64,000 nt of DNA from a virus, in the IMG/VR virus record IMGVR_UViG_3300043313_000346, positions 1-64,000 of that record. The stretch is one strand, 5' to 3'. Made by a program: the position numbers and the translations under genes. A model generated the notes under the pieces. The model was not told the DNA's origin and ran no database searches. It saw nothing but the letters and a program-made list of their open reading frames with translations. This document shows positions 8,965 through 18,774 of the stretch, piece after piece. The first letter of the stretch is position 1. Every line of letters starts with the position of its first letter.

Positions 8965-9899
8965 GCGCCGATGATCATCTCAACATCCATCCGATCACCG
9001 ATGCCTGCCACGGCGAAGAGACTCTGACGATCTTCAACGCCAGCGACATGGGCAGCCTGTTCGGCGTCGGCTTCAAGTCGCTCGCCTATGTCTCGGCCAA
9101 GAAGCGCGGCATCGTTCCGCTGGCGTCCGACGATCCCGAGAATCCGCTGATGGAACGTGGGCTCGACTTCGAGGACGCCGCGCGCAAACGCGTGGCACGC
9201 AAATATCCCGCGTGGCAGATCACAAAATGCACCGATCATTATGTTGCGGATCGCATCGGCGCCAAGCCGGACAATCTGGTGATCGATCCGGCACGCGAGG
9301 GTGTCGGTGTGCTGGAGCTAAAGGTAACCGCCGAGCCGATCCACCGGCGCGAGTGGCTCGATGACACGCCACCGCTGAAATACTTGCTGCAGCTTTCGAC
9401 GCAGATGATGCTGGTGCCCGACTGCACATGGGGCGCGATCGGCGAACTGGTGGTCGGCCCGTTCACCTACGAGACCAACGTCTACATCGTCGAGCGCAAC
9501 CGCAGCGCCGAAATCCGGCTGCGCACCGCCGTTGCCGAGTTCTGGCAGACGTTCGACGCCGGCGGCGAACCGGCGATCGACTTCGAGCGCGACGGCGCGC
9601 TGATCGCGCTGATGTTCCCGCATGAAGTGCCGGGCAAGGTGATCGACCTGTCGTCCGACAATGCGATCCGCGATCTGTTGCAGCGTCGCGACATTCTCAA
9701 GGACACCGAGAAGGACGTCGTGAAGCGGCTGAAGGAATGCGAAAACGAGATCAAGGCCAAGCTCGGCGATGCCGAAGGCGCGATCGTGCCGGGCTGGCGC
9801 GTGACGCTCAAGACGCAGCACCGCAAAGGCTACACCGTCGAGCCGTCATCGTTTCGTGTGCTGCGCACCACGCGCCACGAGCAGGAGACGGCATCATGA
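8961..9899 (+). CDS. YqaJ-like (lambda exonuclease family) recombination exonuclease
   Basis: ASD, RGLDFE, GAKPD..LELK and YLLQLSTQM motifs; adjacent to RecT. Confidence 0.88.
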   Translation: MSADDHLNIHPITDACHGEETLTIFNASDMGSLFGVGFKSLAYVSAKKRGIVPLASDDPENPLMERGLDFEDAARKRVARKYPAWQITKCTDHYVADRIGAKPDNLVIDPAREGVGVLELKVTAEPIHRREWLDDTPPLKYLLQLSTQMMLVPDCTWGAIGELVVGPFTYETNVYIVERNRSAEIRLRTAVAEFWQTFDAGGEPAIDFERDGALIALMFPHEVPGKVIDLSSDNAIRDLLQRRDILKDTEKDVVKRLKECENEIKAKLGDAEGAIVPGWRVTLKTQHRKGYTVEPSSFRVLRTTRHEQETAS

Positions 9900-10123
9900 C
9901 CGCTCTCGCAATGTGGACCGTCTACGATCACCCCACCGATTATCCCGACAAGTTTGTCGCGCGCCGCTTCGATGTCGACGGCAACGGCGCGAAGCCGTCC
10001 GAGAGCATCATCATCCATTCGGACCTGAACAAGCTGCGCGACATGCTCTGTTTCGAACTGCATCTGACCTGCTTGACGCGCAGCGAGGGTGACGATCCGA
10101 AGATCATCGAGACGTGGCTGTAA
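9896..10123 (+). CDS. Hypothetical protein
   Basis: ATGA-coupled ORF with WTVYDHPTDYP..ETWL. Confidence 0.7.
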   Translation: MTALAMWTVYDHPTDYPDKFVARRFDVDGNGAKPSESIIIHSDLNKLRDMLCFELHLTCLTRSEGDDPKIIETWL

Positions 10124-10138
10124 AACGAGGGAGTCGAT

Positions 10139-11248
10139 ATGAGTACCACTCAAGTGATGGAGCGTGAGACCAAGACGCAGCCGGCGATCACCGTGCTGCG
10201 CGATCGGCTGTTGCAACGGCGCGCCGAGCTTGAGCATGCGCTGGAAGGATCAGGCATCAGCCCCGATCGCTTCATCCGCGTGGCGGTGACCGCTGCGATG
10301 ATGCAGCCCGAACTGATCAGCGACGTCAGCTTTCAATCGCTCTGGCAAGCGCTGCTCGAAGCCTGCAACGATCGGCTACTGCCCGATCGCCGGCAGGGCG
10401 TGATCTTGCCGTACAAAGGCAAGGCCAAATGGCAGCGCATGTATCACGGGATGATCGATCGGTTTCAGCAATCGGGCGAATTCAAATGGATCGGCGCCGG
10501 GCTGCACCGCGAAGACGATCGCGAGTTCGACGTCTGGCTCGATGAGCACGGCCAGCACTTTCTGCATCGCCCGGGCCCGGGCAACGGCAAGGTGGTCGAG
10601 AGCTACGCGGCAGCGCTCACCAAGGGCGGTGGATTCTTCGTCACTACGATCAACGAAACCGAGATGCAGAAAATTCGCAACGTCTCGCGCGCGCGTGGCG
10701 AGGATTCACCGTGGCAGCAATGGACCGATCAGATGCGGCTGAAGACCGCGCTGAAGCGGCTGTGCAACTTGCTGCCGGTGCCGCAGGGGCTCGACACTCT
10801 GGTGAGGGATGAGGGTGACGACGCCGGCGAGACGCCGGCCACAGGCTACACGCTGCCGACACCGAAGCCGCCGGCACGCCCGCGCGGCGCGCAGAACGCG
10901 CTCGATCATTTCGGCGGTGAGCCCGATGACGGCGCAGGCGAGCCCGACACGCGCCCGCCGCCGACGGCGAAAGGCGATCGCTTCTATCGCGAGCCCGAAC
11001 CGACTCCGGAGACCGACAAGCCCGAGCCGAAGACGGTCGACACGGTCGATCAATCCACCGGCGAGATCACCAGCCATGCGGAGATTCCGCAGGTCCGGCT
11101 CGATGTCGCCCACGAGCGCGGCGTCGAGGCCAAGCGCACCGGGCTCAAGCGCACCACACCGCCCGGCGAATATCGCGAGGCCAACCGCGAAGGCGAGCTT
11201 CGGGCATGGCTCAAGGGTTGGGACGGCGAACCGCTAGGGAGCGGGTGA
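10139..11248 (+). CDS. recT: RecT/Redbeta-family single-strand annealing protein
   Basis: SPDRFIRVA, ILPYKG..MYHG and SPWQQWTDQMRLKTALKRLCNLLP RecT motifs. Confidence 0.88.
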   Translation: MSTTQVMERETKTQPAITVLRDRLLQRRAELEHALEGSGISPDRFIRVAVTAAMMQPELISDVSFQSLWQALLEACNDRLLPDRRQGVILPYKGKAKWQRMYHGMIDRFQQSGEFKWIGAGLHREDDREFDVWLDEHGQHFLHRPGPGNGKVVESYAAALTKGGGFFVTTINETEMQKIRNVSRARGEDSPWQQWTDQMRLKTALKRLCNLLPVPQGLDTLVRDEGDDAGETPATGYTLPTPKPPARPRGAQNALDHFGGEPDDGAGEPDTRPPPTAKGDRFYREPEPTPETDKPEPKTVDTVDQSTGEITSHAEIPQVRLDVAHERGVEAKRTGLKRTTPPGEYREANREGELRAWLKGWDGEPLGSG

Positions 11249-11442
11249 TGCCAACCACGGGCGACAATGCACCAGTGCTCACGCTCAAAGAGGCGTCGCA
11301 GTTTCTCGGCCTGAGCATCCCGACGCTGTATCGGCTCGGCAAGAAGGGCGACATCGAATTGATCCGCGTCGGCGAGCGCGGCACGCGCGTCACCAAGGTC
11401 AGCCTCGATCGCTACCTGAAGAACGCCAAGCGCGTGAAGTGA
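11248..11442 (+). CDS. Excisionase-like HTH_17 protein
   Basis: LTLKEASQFLGLSIPTLYRL motif. Confidence 0.8.
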   Translation: MPTTGDNAPVLTLKEASQFLGLSIPTLYRLGKKGDIELIRVGERGTRVTKVSLDRYLKNAKRVK

Positions 11443-11452
11443 AAGGTGCGTC

Positions 11453-11911
11453 ATGGTTCGCACGGCTTTGATCGACACCGTCGCGCGGATCGTCGACGAA
11501 AAGCCGATCCGGTTTGCGTTCGTGCTGGCGATGATCCCGGTGGTGATGTTCACGATCGTGGACATCGGCCGGACCAAGACGCCGGCGCCGATCGTGCCGG
11601 CGAAAGCGCCGCCGGCCGACGTCGGGCCGCGCGTCGTGAGGACCGAGAGCATCAGCACGCTTGACGGTCGATGGAGCGCGTTCGCTTCACCGCCGCCGGC
11701 GATCGAGAAGCAAGAGGTTCGCCCCGTCACTCGCGAGCGTGACGTGGCGGGCGCGGTGTCCGGGGCGGCTGGCCTAGCCCCCCAGCCGGACAAGCCGTCC
11801 CGGCACCGTCTCAAGACCACGCGCGTGCGGCTCGATGTTTGCCAAAGGCACAACATGCGCCGCGTCGAGATCAGGCGCGGCCGATGGACCGGATGGAGAT
11901 GTCGCCGATGA
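11453..11911 (+). CDS. Hypothetical membrane-anchored protein
   Basis: N-terminal transmembrane segment, Pro-rich linker and basic C-terminus. Confidence 0.6.
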   Translation: MVRTALIDTVARIVDEKPIRFAFVLAMIPVVMFTIVDIGRTKTPAPIVPAKAPPADVGPRVVRTESISTLDGRWSAFASPPPAIEKQEVRPVTRERDVAGAVSGAAGLAPQPDKPSRHRLKTTRVRLDVCQRHNMRRVEIRRGRWTGWRCRR

Positions 11912-12147
11912 CCGAGATGGAAAAGTACATGACGCCGAAGGACATTCGCCGCAAGGGGATGCGCGCGAAGATTCGCAGCGTCGAGAAAGAGATCATCGAC
12001 GGGCGGCCACGACTGGTCCTGTATTTCGAGCGCCAGAAAAAAGGTCTCGTGCTCACGCGCCGGCTGGCTGACGAGATCACCCGCGCGATCGGCCCGAACC
12101 GCATGGTGCAAGAGTTCTTCGCTTCCCCCGAAGGCGCGGAGCACTGA
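11908..12147 (+). CDS. Hypothetical protein
   Basis: Coupled ORF with GGAG RBS. Confidence 0.6.
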   Translation: MTEMEKYMTPKDIRRKGMRAKIRSVEKEIIDGRPRLVLYFERQKKGLVLTRRLADEITRAIGPNRMVQEFFASPEGAEH

Positions 12148-12149
12148 CC

Positions 12150-12365
12150 ATGACCAACAATAGCGTGCTGGTGACGCCGCTGCAGCCTCCGTTCGACGGT
12201 GAGATGGTTTTCTTCACGCTCGCAGAAGGCAGGGAGTTGGCTGTTTCGAGGACTGACGGCGCCAAGATCAAGCGTCTGCTCGGTATCAACCTGATCGATC
12301 GCCACATCACTCTATCGGCACACGACGACGGCGTTCGCATCCGAGTCAGCGTGGTGCCGTCATGA
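12150..12365 (+). CDS. Hypothetical protein
   Basis: Member of the tightly packed ORF train. Confidence 0.6.
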   Translation: MTNNSVLVTPLQPPFDGEMVFFTLAEGRELAVSRTDGAKIKRLLGINLIDRHITLSAHDDGVRIRVSVVPS

Positions 12366-12625
12366 CCGACAAAGACATTGAATGGCAGGACGCCGGCCGC
12401 GAGCCGAAGGTCGCGCCAAATCCGCTCTATCCGAACGGCATCGATCTCGACGTCTCGGACGGCATCAAGCCGGCGTGCTTCGTCAAGCTGGCATACCCTG
12501 CGCGGCGCGTCGGCCGTTACGTGATCAAGTGCAGGACGTGCGGATGGGTTGGCATCATCTCGACCGCCGGCCGTCCGGACGATCCGCGCTCGGTGACGAT
12601 CCCGTGCCTACGGGTGCTGCAATGA
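12362..12625 (+). CDS. Hypothetical Cys-containing protein
   Basis: ATGA overlap; CRTC motif. Confidence 0.65.
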   Translation: MTDKDIEWQDAGREPKVAPNPLYPNGIDLDVSDGIKPACFVKLAYPARRVGRYVIKCRTCGWVGIISTAGRPDDPRSVTIPCLRVLQ

Positions 12626-13125
12626 CCGCCACGCTCAAGCAAGACTTCACGCTCACGCTGCGCGACTTCATCACTGCCATCGACAGGAATGTCGTGAAGA
12701 TTTTCGAGCGCAACGGCGTGATCGAGCCGATGTGGCACTGCATCACGGCATCCGGCGAGCACCGGATCGAGCTGTCGCCGGCAGTCGACAAGGATTTGGC
12801 TGCGATCCTGATGCGCGTCTACTTCGTGCTGCACAACGTGACGCGCTATGCCTTCATCGATGAGGCATGGACGCTGATGCTGCCGCTCGGCTTCAGCGAC
12901 GCTGAAATTCGCGAGATCGCGCGGCGCGGGCTCGCCGATCATCCCGGCCGTGTCGAAGTGCTGATGTATCAGGTCGAAGACGAGAGCGGAGCGCTCACTG
13001 CGCATCGCAACATCATCCGCGCGGGCGGCGGCAAGCCCACGCTCGGCCCGCTCACATTCTTTGAGACCAAGGAAAGCGAAGGTCGCTTCATCGGCATGTT
13101 GCCTCAACGGGGAACGATGCAATGA
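12622..13125 (+). CDS. Hypothetical protein
   Basis: ATGA overlaps at both ends. Confidence 0.65.
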   Translation: MTATLKQDFTLTLRDFITAIDRNVVKIFERNGVIEPMWHCITASGEHRIELSPAVDKDLAAILMRVYFVLHNVTRYAFIDEAWTLMLPLGFSDAEIREIARRGLADHPGRVEVLMYQVEDESGALTAHRNIIRAGGGKPTLGPLTFFETKESEGRFIGMLPQRGTMQ

Positions 13126-13340
13126 CGCGAGATGAGCATCTGGCTTGGTGCAAGCGGCGCGCTCTCGAATACGTCGACCACGGCAATCTGTTGCAAGCAT
13201 GGGCGTCGATGGGAAGCGACATGAACAAGCATCCCGAAACACGGAATCACCCGGGCCTCGAACTCGGCATGACGCTGATGATCAGCGGTGACCTATCGCG
13301 CAGGGATGCGATGAGACGTTTCATCGAGGGCTTCCAATGA
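13122..13340 (+). CDS. Hypothetical protein
   Basis: ATGA overlaps. Confidence 0.65.
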   Translation: MTRDEHLAWCKRRALEYVDHGNLLQAWASMGSDMNKHPETRNHPGLELGMTLMISGDLSRRDAMRRFIEGFQ

Positions 13341-13561
13341 CTGACCTACAGCAATTTGTCGAGAAAATGCACTTCGGCGCAATCGCGATCAGTGTCGCCG
13401 GATCATCGCCAGTCGTGCATTGCCTGAATCAACTCGCCGCCGCACAGGATGATTGGCAGCGCTGCGAGCTTGCCAACCGCATGCGCGAGTCCATCGAAGC
13501 CGATGGGCTGAAGCTCGAACACGGCGCCTATGATTTTCTGTTGGGGATGGTTGCGCCGTGA
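13337..13561 (+). CDS. Hypothetical protein
   Basis: ATGA overlap. Confidence 0.6.
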   Translation: MTDLQQFVEKMHFGAIAISVAGSSPVVHCLNQLAAAQDDWQRCELANRMRESIEADGLKLEHGAYDFLLGMVAP

Positions 13562-13857
13562 GGCAGCCGTTCCACTTCGGGCCCGATCACCATCTCAAGC
13601 GCGCCGGCGCGTGCCCAAGCTGCAGCCGGCAACTCACCGGCGCGACCGCCATCGGTCAGGGCGACAAGCCGAGCGACAATCGTCCGAAACGTGGTGACGC
13701 GACGATCTGCATTTACTGCGGCGCGTTGCTGGTCTTCACGCGCGGGCTGAAGTTGCGCCACGCGACCGAAGACGAGCGCCGTGAGATCGGCGCGATGCCG
13801 ACGGTGCAAACCATCCTGATGGCGCAGGCTGCAATGAGCGGGAAGAAACCGTCATGA
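13558..13857 (+). CDS. Hypothetical zinc-finger protein
   Basis: CPSC and CIYC pairs; GTGA overlap. Confidence 0.65.
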   Translation: MRQPFHFGPDHHLKRAGACPSCSRQLTGATAIGQGDKPSDNRPKRGDATICIYCGALLVFTRGLKLRHATEDERREIGAMPTVQTILMAQAAMSGKKPS

Positions 13858-14138
13858 CCGGAAAGTATTCGCTCGGAGATGGGCCGATCTCGCCGGAATA
13901 CGAACGGCAGATGAGCGCGCTCGCAAAAGCGCTCAACGAGATGTTCAACGGCCAGCTTAAAGGTCGCGATCGCAAGACCGGCTTCGTCCTGATGGTCTAT
14001 CCGTTCGACGACCACGGCGGCACCGACGGGCGCTGCAATTACATCAGCAACGGTGCCGATCGGCGCGACGTCGTCAAGCTGATGAAGGAAATGATCAAGC
14101 GGTTCGAGGGACAACCAGAAGCCAAGGGAAGAGCATGA
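13854..14138 (+). CDS. Hypothetical protein
   Basis: ATGA overlaps. Confidence 0.65.
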   Translation: MTGKYSLGDGPISPEYERQMSALAKALNEMFNGQLKGRDRKTGFVLMVYPFDDHGGTDGRCNYISNGADRRDVVKLMKEMIKRFEGQPEAKGRA

Positions 14139-14395
14139 CGAGTCACCCGCCGAAACGGATAGACGCACTCATGGCCTGCGACCGCTTGATGCAAGTCGCT
14201 TCCGCGCTGCGTCTCGATCTTGCGCCGCGCGATCCGGAAGGCCGCTCGCTCTCGTTGGGGGTGTGCATGTTCGTTGGCGTCTTCCTCTCAACGATCCCCG
14301 AGGAATATCGCCAGCAATTCTGTGACGCCGCGAACGGCTACGCGCTCCGCACCCGCGAGCTTCTGCAAGAGATTGAAGAGAAGGGGAAAGCGTGA
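14135..14395 (+). CDS. Hypothetical protein
   Basis: ATGA overlap. Confidence 0.6.
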   Translation: MTSHPPKRIDALMACDRLMQVASALRLDLAPRDPEGRSLSLGVCMFVGVFLSTIPEEYRQQFCDAANGYALRTRELLQEIEEKGKA

Positions 14396-14625
14396 TGGCG
14401 AGCCGCGAGTATTTCGTCGTCGACTGCGAGGGCTATATTTCCATTTCGCCTGAGACGAAGGGGCATGAGCTTGAGCCGGAAGCGTTCGCGACGCTCAAGG
14501 CGGCGACGAAGCGCGCCACCAAGCTCGCCGAGCACGAGCCCGGCCGCACCGTCGTGGTCACGCGCGCGGTCGCTTACATCACGTGCCCGGTGCTCAAACC
14601 GAAAATCGAGATTCGCAAACTGTGA
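14392..14625 (+). CDS. Hypothetical protein
   Basis: Coupled ORF. Confidence 0.6.
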   Translation: MMASREYFVVDCEGYISISPETKGHELEPEAFATLKAATKRATKLAEHEPGRTVVVTRAVAYITCPVLKPKIEIRKL

Positions 14626-14638
14626 GGACATTGTGCCG

Positions 14639-14887
14639 ATGAGACGCGCGCCGTGGAGCGATGAAGAGGTCAAGGCCCTGAACCGTTTTCAGGGATACGG
14701 ATTCGTTCACCCGTTCACGTGCGGCAACGACCACGGGACTCAGGATGACCGCGTGTTGGTCGCGACCAAAGACGGCTGGATATGCCCCGGCTGCGACTAC
14801 AAGCAAACATGGGCCTACGAAATCATGTTCGAACCGCTGGTCAACCCGCTCGACAGCCTTCAACCGGAGAAAGGAAACGACGCATGA
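14639..14887 (+). CDS. Hypothetical zinc-binding protein
   Basis: HPFTC...WICPGC motif. Confidence 0.6.
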   Translation: MRRAPWSDEEVKALNRFQGYGFVHPFTCGNDHGTQDDRVLVATKDGWICPGCDYKQTWAYEIMFEPLVNPLDSLQPEKGNDA

Positions 14888-15282
14888 TCATCACCGTTGA
14901 GAAGCTCGCCACCGTGCAGACATCGATCGACAAGCTGGTCGAGCAAGGGCAATCGCTGTTCACCGACATCGGCGAAACCGTGCGAGATCGCGCACGCCTT
15001 TTGCAAGAGGTTCTGAACCACGAAAAGACGATCAACGATCTCAACGGCGAGATCGCCGATCTGCAGGCGCGCAACCGTGATCTCGAACTGCGCAACAGCC
15101 GGCTGGTCGACGACCTGATGAAGTTCGAGACGCAGTACAACGAAGCGAGCGCGCTGCTCGACAACGTGCGCGCCACGGTCGCGAGGCCGAAGCCGAACGG
15201 CGGCGCGGCTAAGAACGACACGCATCCGGTGCCGCTGCGACCGCAAGGCATGCTGCCGCGCGACAACGGCACGCTGCGGTGA
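14884..15282 (+). CDS. Hypothetical coiled-coil protein
   Basis: Heptad-rich central region; ATGA overlap. Confidence 0.65.
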   Translation: MIITVEKLATVQTSIDKLVEQGQSLFTDIGETVRDRARLLQEVLNHEKTINDLNGEIADLQARNRDLELRNSRLVDDLMKFETQYNEASALLDNVRATVARPKPNGGAAKNDTHPVPLRPQGMLPRDNGTLR

Positions 15283-15530
15283 CCACCATGAAAGCATCAA
15301 TCGAAGTTGAGAACCGCAACGAAGCCAAGGCGATCACCACCGGGCTCGAAGACCCGGCGACGCGCGCCTTCGTCGTCGTCATGGGCGCGCTCGCGGCGTT
15401 GCCGAGCGATCGTGCCCGCAAGCGCGTGCTGCAATACGTCACCGATTATCTCGACGAGCAGCGCGAGCAAGCCAACGCCGATTATACCGAACAGCACAGG
15501 GGAACGGCAGCGTCCGATGGTGGCACGTAA
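15279..15530 (+). CDS. Hypothetical protein
   Basis: Coupled ORF. Confidence 0.6.
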   Translation: MTTMKASIEVENRNEAKAITTGLEDPATRAFVVVMGALAALPSDRARKRVLQYVTDYLDEQREQANADYTEQHRGTAASDGGT

Positions 15531-15744
15531 AAACACGTTCAATACTTCGTTTCAGGGCAAGCCAAGCCAGCGCCCTGATCGCAAGGCGCTCGCGCTGATG
15601 CGCCGCGCCGACACCGAGCGCGACAGCCACGGCTTCTCGATGACCGGCGAGCGCAAGCGCGGCGTGTTCGTTGACCCGAACATGAAGGTGACGCTGCCGC
15701 GCCTGCAGTTTCTGGAAAAGCCTGACGAGGGCGACCTGCCATGA
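15517..15744 (+). CDS. Hypothetical protein
   Basis: Coupled ORF. Confidence 0.55.
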   Translation: MVARKNTFNTSFQGKPSQRPDRKALALMRRADTERDSHGFSMTGERKRGVFVDPNMKVTLPRLQFLEKPDEGDLP

Positions 15745-16016
15745 CCGCACCGATGCGCCGCTACCTGCTCAACAAGCAGATCGCGATCGAGTCGCGGCGC
15801 ATCGCCCACGTGGCGACCAAGACATGCAAATTTGCATTTGACGGCACTGATCACGACGACGAGCACACCGGCAACTGCAACAAGCTCAAGCGCGCGATCG
15901 AGACGCTCGCGCTGCAGGTCAAGCTCGCCGCACTGCAGCCGGTGCCGGTCGAGCGTGAGGAAGCGCCGCCACTGTTCGAACAGGAGGAAGCCGATGACGA
16001 CGCACAGCGACTCTGA
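15741..16016 (+). CDS. Hypothetical protein
   Basis: ATGA overlap. Confidence 0.6.
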   Translation: MTAPMRRYLLNKQIAIESRRIAHVATKTCKFAFDGTDHDDEHTGNCNKLKRAIETLALQVKLAALQPVPVEREEAPPLFEQEEADDDAQRL

Positions 16017-16278
16017 AGGGCGGCAGAATTACGTTGTCGGCCTCGTCAGCCAGATCAACAACGTGCTCGCGGGTGAGGATATGGCAGAGGCTGCCACCGC
16101 TCTGACGTTGGCGGTCGTCTGCCAGATGGTCACCGTCGCACCAACCAACAGCGAGGAACGTGTGGCGCAGGCTGATGCGTTCGCCGCTCAAGTGCGCGAC
16201 TACGTGCGGCGTGACGACATCGTCGAGTGGATCAGGCACTGCACCACGCACATCCAAAGATCGGAGAGAGGGCAATGA
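15994..16278 (+). CDS. Hypothetical protein
   Basis: AGGAGG RBS. Confidence 0.6.
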   Translation: MTTHSDSEGRQNYVVGLVSQINNVLAGEDMAEAATALTLAVVCQMVTVAPTNSEERVAQADAFAAQVRDYVRRDDIVEWIRHCTTHIQRSERGQ

Positions 16279-16532
16279 GCGATTTCGATCCGATCAAGGC
16301 GCAGCGCGAAGAGCTTGTCGGCTGGAACGACTGGCGCAAGCGGCTGAAGGTGATCGCGATGCACAAAGAGGAATTGATCGACGAAGCCACCACCGAGCGC
16401 GATGCGCTCTTGGGCACGGCTTCGCTGCTCGACGGCATGATCGAGAAGGGACAGGCCCGGCTGCGCGCTCTGGAAGATGAGCGCGACGCCAAGGCGAAGG
16501 GCGAGCCGTCGCCACAGGAAGCGCCGCCGTGA
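16275..16532 (+). CDS. Hypothetical coiled-coil protein
   Basis: ATGA overlap. Confidence 0.6.
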   Translation: MSDFDPIKAQREELVGWNDWRKRLKVIAMHKEELIDEATTERDALLGTASLLDGMIEKGQARLRALEDERDAKAKGEPSPQEAPP

Positions 16533-16658
16533 GCGACCGCGCCATCCGCTGGATTGCCGTGTCCGTCTCGCTGGTCGCGTGGGCGATGATCATTTGGGCG
16601 GTGGCCAGCGCCGTCAACGGTTGCGGGGTGCATGCAGCATGACAAGGGAGTCACACCG

Positions 16659-16880
16659 ATGAAGGGCCACAGCGTCATCCGTCTGCCCGAAGTCGAGCGG
16701 CGCACCGGCTTCTCGCGCCCGACGATCTATCGGCTGATGGACGCCGGCACGTTCCCGCGCTTCGTGCGGATCGGTGCGCGCTCGATCGGTTGGGTTGAGG
16801 AAGAAATCGACCGCTACGTCGAGAGCAAGATCGCAACGCGCGATCGCGACGCGGTCCACCGGCAAGAGCAGGACCGATGA
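16659..16880 (+). CDS. AlpA family transcriptional regulator/excisionase
   Basis: IRLPEVERRTGFSRPTIYRLM..GTFP..IGARSIGW is the canonical AlpA pattern. Confidence 0.9.
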   Translation: MKGHSVIRLPEVERRTGFSRPTIYRLMDAGTFPRFVRIGARSIGWVEEEIDRYVESKIATRDRDAVHRQEQDR

Positions 16881-17065
16881 CGTTCTCGTCGAAGTTCGCG
16901 CTGCGCGATCGCGTGTGGATCGACGGCGACGACACGATCAACGCGACCGTCGTCGGCTTCGCGTTCTATGGGCAGACCACCGAGGTGCAAATCTCATGGG
17001 TCCACGCGGGCGCGATCCAGACGGCGTGGGTCGCGGAGTGGCGGCTGACACACGCGGAGGGATGA
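16877..17065 (+). CDS. Hypothetical protein
   Basis: ATGA overlap. Confidence 0.6.
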   Translation: MTFSSKFALRDRVWIDGDDTINATVVGFAFYGQTTEVQISWVHAGAIQTAWVAEWRLTHAEG

Positions 17066-17457
17066 TGAAGCCGGCTGAGATCATCGCGCACATCGAGCAC
17101 GTCGCGCGCATGGGCGGGCCCGGCGCGTGGATGCGCAACCAAGAGCTTCTCGCCGGCCGCTGGCTGGTGAAGCCGGGCTCGGTGCCGTGGCTGCCGGCGG
17201 AAGATTGGGACGATGGCAGCATCATCAGCGTCGACGCTGACGACCGCGTGCGGCTGGTCGCGCTGGCGGCCAAGCGTCCGGGGCGCGGTGCCTTCAAGCG
17301 GCTGGTCGCGCTGATCCGCGCGGCCGGGCTCTCGCCGGTGGTGGTGACGCCGACGGATCGGCTCGCGGCGCATCTCAAGCGGCGAGGCTGGCGCATGCGC
17401 GTGACCGGCAGCGGCGAGGCGGCGCAGACGATCTGGTATCCGCGCAAGCGGCGCTGA
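17062..17457 (+). CDS. Hypothetical protein, weak GNAT-like motif
   Basis: PGRGAFKRLV..LKRRGW loosely resembles the acetyl-CoA-binding motifs. Confidence 0.5.
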   Translation: MMKPAEIIAHIEHVARMGGPGAWMRNQELLAGRWLVKPGSVPWLPAEDWDDGSIISVDADDRVRLVALAAKRPGRGAFKRLVALIRAAGLSPVVVTPTDRLAAHLKRRGWRMRVTGSGEAAQTIWYPRKRR

Positions 17458-17487
17458 AAGCTGCGTCAGAGTTGGTGGGTCTTTGTC

Positions 17488-17676
17488 ATGGGTAAAGCGA
17501 ACAGCACATTCCGCCAGCGCGACGTTGTCGCAGCGATCCGCGCGGCCAAGCGCGCGGGACAAAATGTGACATCGTTTGAAATTCTCCCAAACGGCAATAT
17601 AAAGGTCCACGTCGGCGCTCCCGCCGATGATTCCTCCAACCAGAAAACGGATGCCGATTCATGGGACGACGTTTGA
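17488..17676 (+). CDS. Small protein preceding the integrase (possible recombination directionality factor)
   Basis: FRQRDVVAAIRAAKRAG..EI..G.I; overlaps the integrase start. Confidence 0.6.
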   Translation: MGKANSTFRQRDVVAAIRAAKRAGQNVTSFEILPNGNIKVHVGAPADDSSNQKTDADSWDDV

Positions 17677-18770
17677 AACCGGGGCTGCCACACGTTGACA
17701 GCTTCCCCGACAGGCACGGCAGGCGACGCTATTTCTTTCGGCTCAATCGACAATCGAAGCGCATCCCGCTTCCTGACATCGACGATCCGAATTTCATGGC
17801 AGCCTATGAGGCCGCGAAGGCCGGCACACCGACTCAACTGCCACCGAAGCCGCTCGGCGCCTCGAAGATCAGACCGGGCTCGGTCGCCGAAGCGATGGCC
17901 GAGTTCTATGCCGATGACACGTGGACGGCGCTCGCCGACACCAGCCGTTCGCAAATCAAGTGCTACCTTGAACCGTTCCGCGAAGAGCACGGGCACCGCA
18001 TGATGCGCGAGCTTGCGACGCTCAAGCTGCAGAAGATCGTCGACAAGCTCGGCCCGCACTCGCAGCGTCATCTGGTCGCCGGCATCCGCAAGCTCACCAA
18101 GTTCTGCCGGCGCGTCGGCTACCTCGACAAGACCACGCCCGATCCGGCGCGCGATCTGGAAATGAAGGACAAGCCGAAGACCGACGGATTCTATACGTGG
18201 GTTGAGAGCGATCACGTCGCCTTCAAGCGGCGATGGGGCAAGGACACGCGTCCGCGTCTGGTCTATCAACTGATCAACAACTTCGGCCTGCGTCTGTCGG
18301 ACGTTCGCAAGGTGGCACCGCGCCACATCGTCAGCGGCGTGATGACGATCAAGCCGCAGAAGACGCAGAACAGCAGCAAGGTCGACGTCGACATCGAGGT
18401 CTGGCCCGAGACGCTGGAGATCATCGCGGCGAACCGGCAGCGGCAATTCAAAAACGTGGTGATCCTCAACGACGCGAACCTGCCGTTCGTGTTGACCAAC
18501 ACCAACGCTGCGCCGCGACCGCTGAAGGTGAAGTCGCTCGGCATGGACATGCGCGAGGCTTACGACGCGGCGGGGCTCACGCACTGCACCAGCCACGGCA
18601 TCCGCAAGTCCGGTGCTGCGGTGGCGGCCGAGCAGGGCGCGACCGTCAACGAGTTGATGGCGATGTTCGGATGGGTCACGCCGAAGGAAGCGATGCGCTA
18701 CACCGAGAAGGCTGACCGCAAGCGCATGGCCGCAAGCGGCACAAAGAAACGCGCTGCGGCAGAAGGCTGA
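17661..18770 (+). CDS. int: Tyrosine integrase
   Basis: Catalytic R (GLRLSD), K (QKT), HGIRK, GW and RY residues; N-terminal arm-binding region. Confidence 0.93.
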   Translation: MGRRLKPGLPHVDSFPDRHGRRRYFFRLNRQSKRIPLPDIDDPNFMAAYEAAKAGTPTQLPPKPLGASKIRPGSVAEAMAEFYADDTWTALADTSRSQIKCYLEPFREEHGHRMMRELATLKLQKIVDKLGPHSQRHLVAGIRKLTKFCRRVGYLDKTTPDPARDLEMKDKPKTDGFYTWVESDHVAFKRRWGKDTRPRLVYQLINNFGLRLSDVRKVAPRHIVSGVMTIKPQKTQNSSKVDVDIEVWPETLEIIAANRQRQFKNVVILNDANLPFVLTNTNAAPRPLKVKSLGMDMREAYDAAGLTHCTSHGIRKSGAAVAAEQGATVNELMAMFGWVTPKEAMRYTEKADRKRMAASGTKKRAAAEG

Positions 18771-18774
18771 ACAT

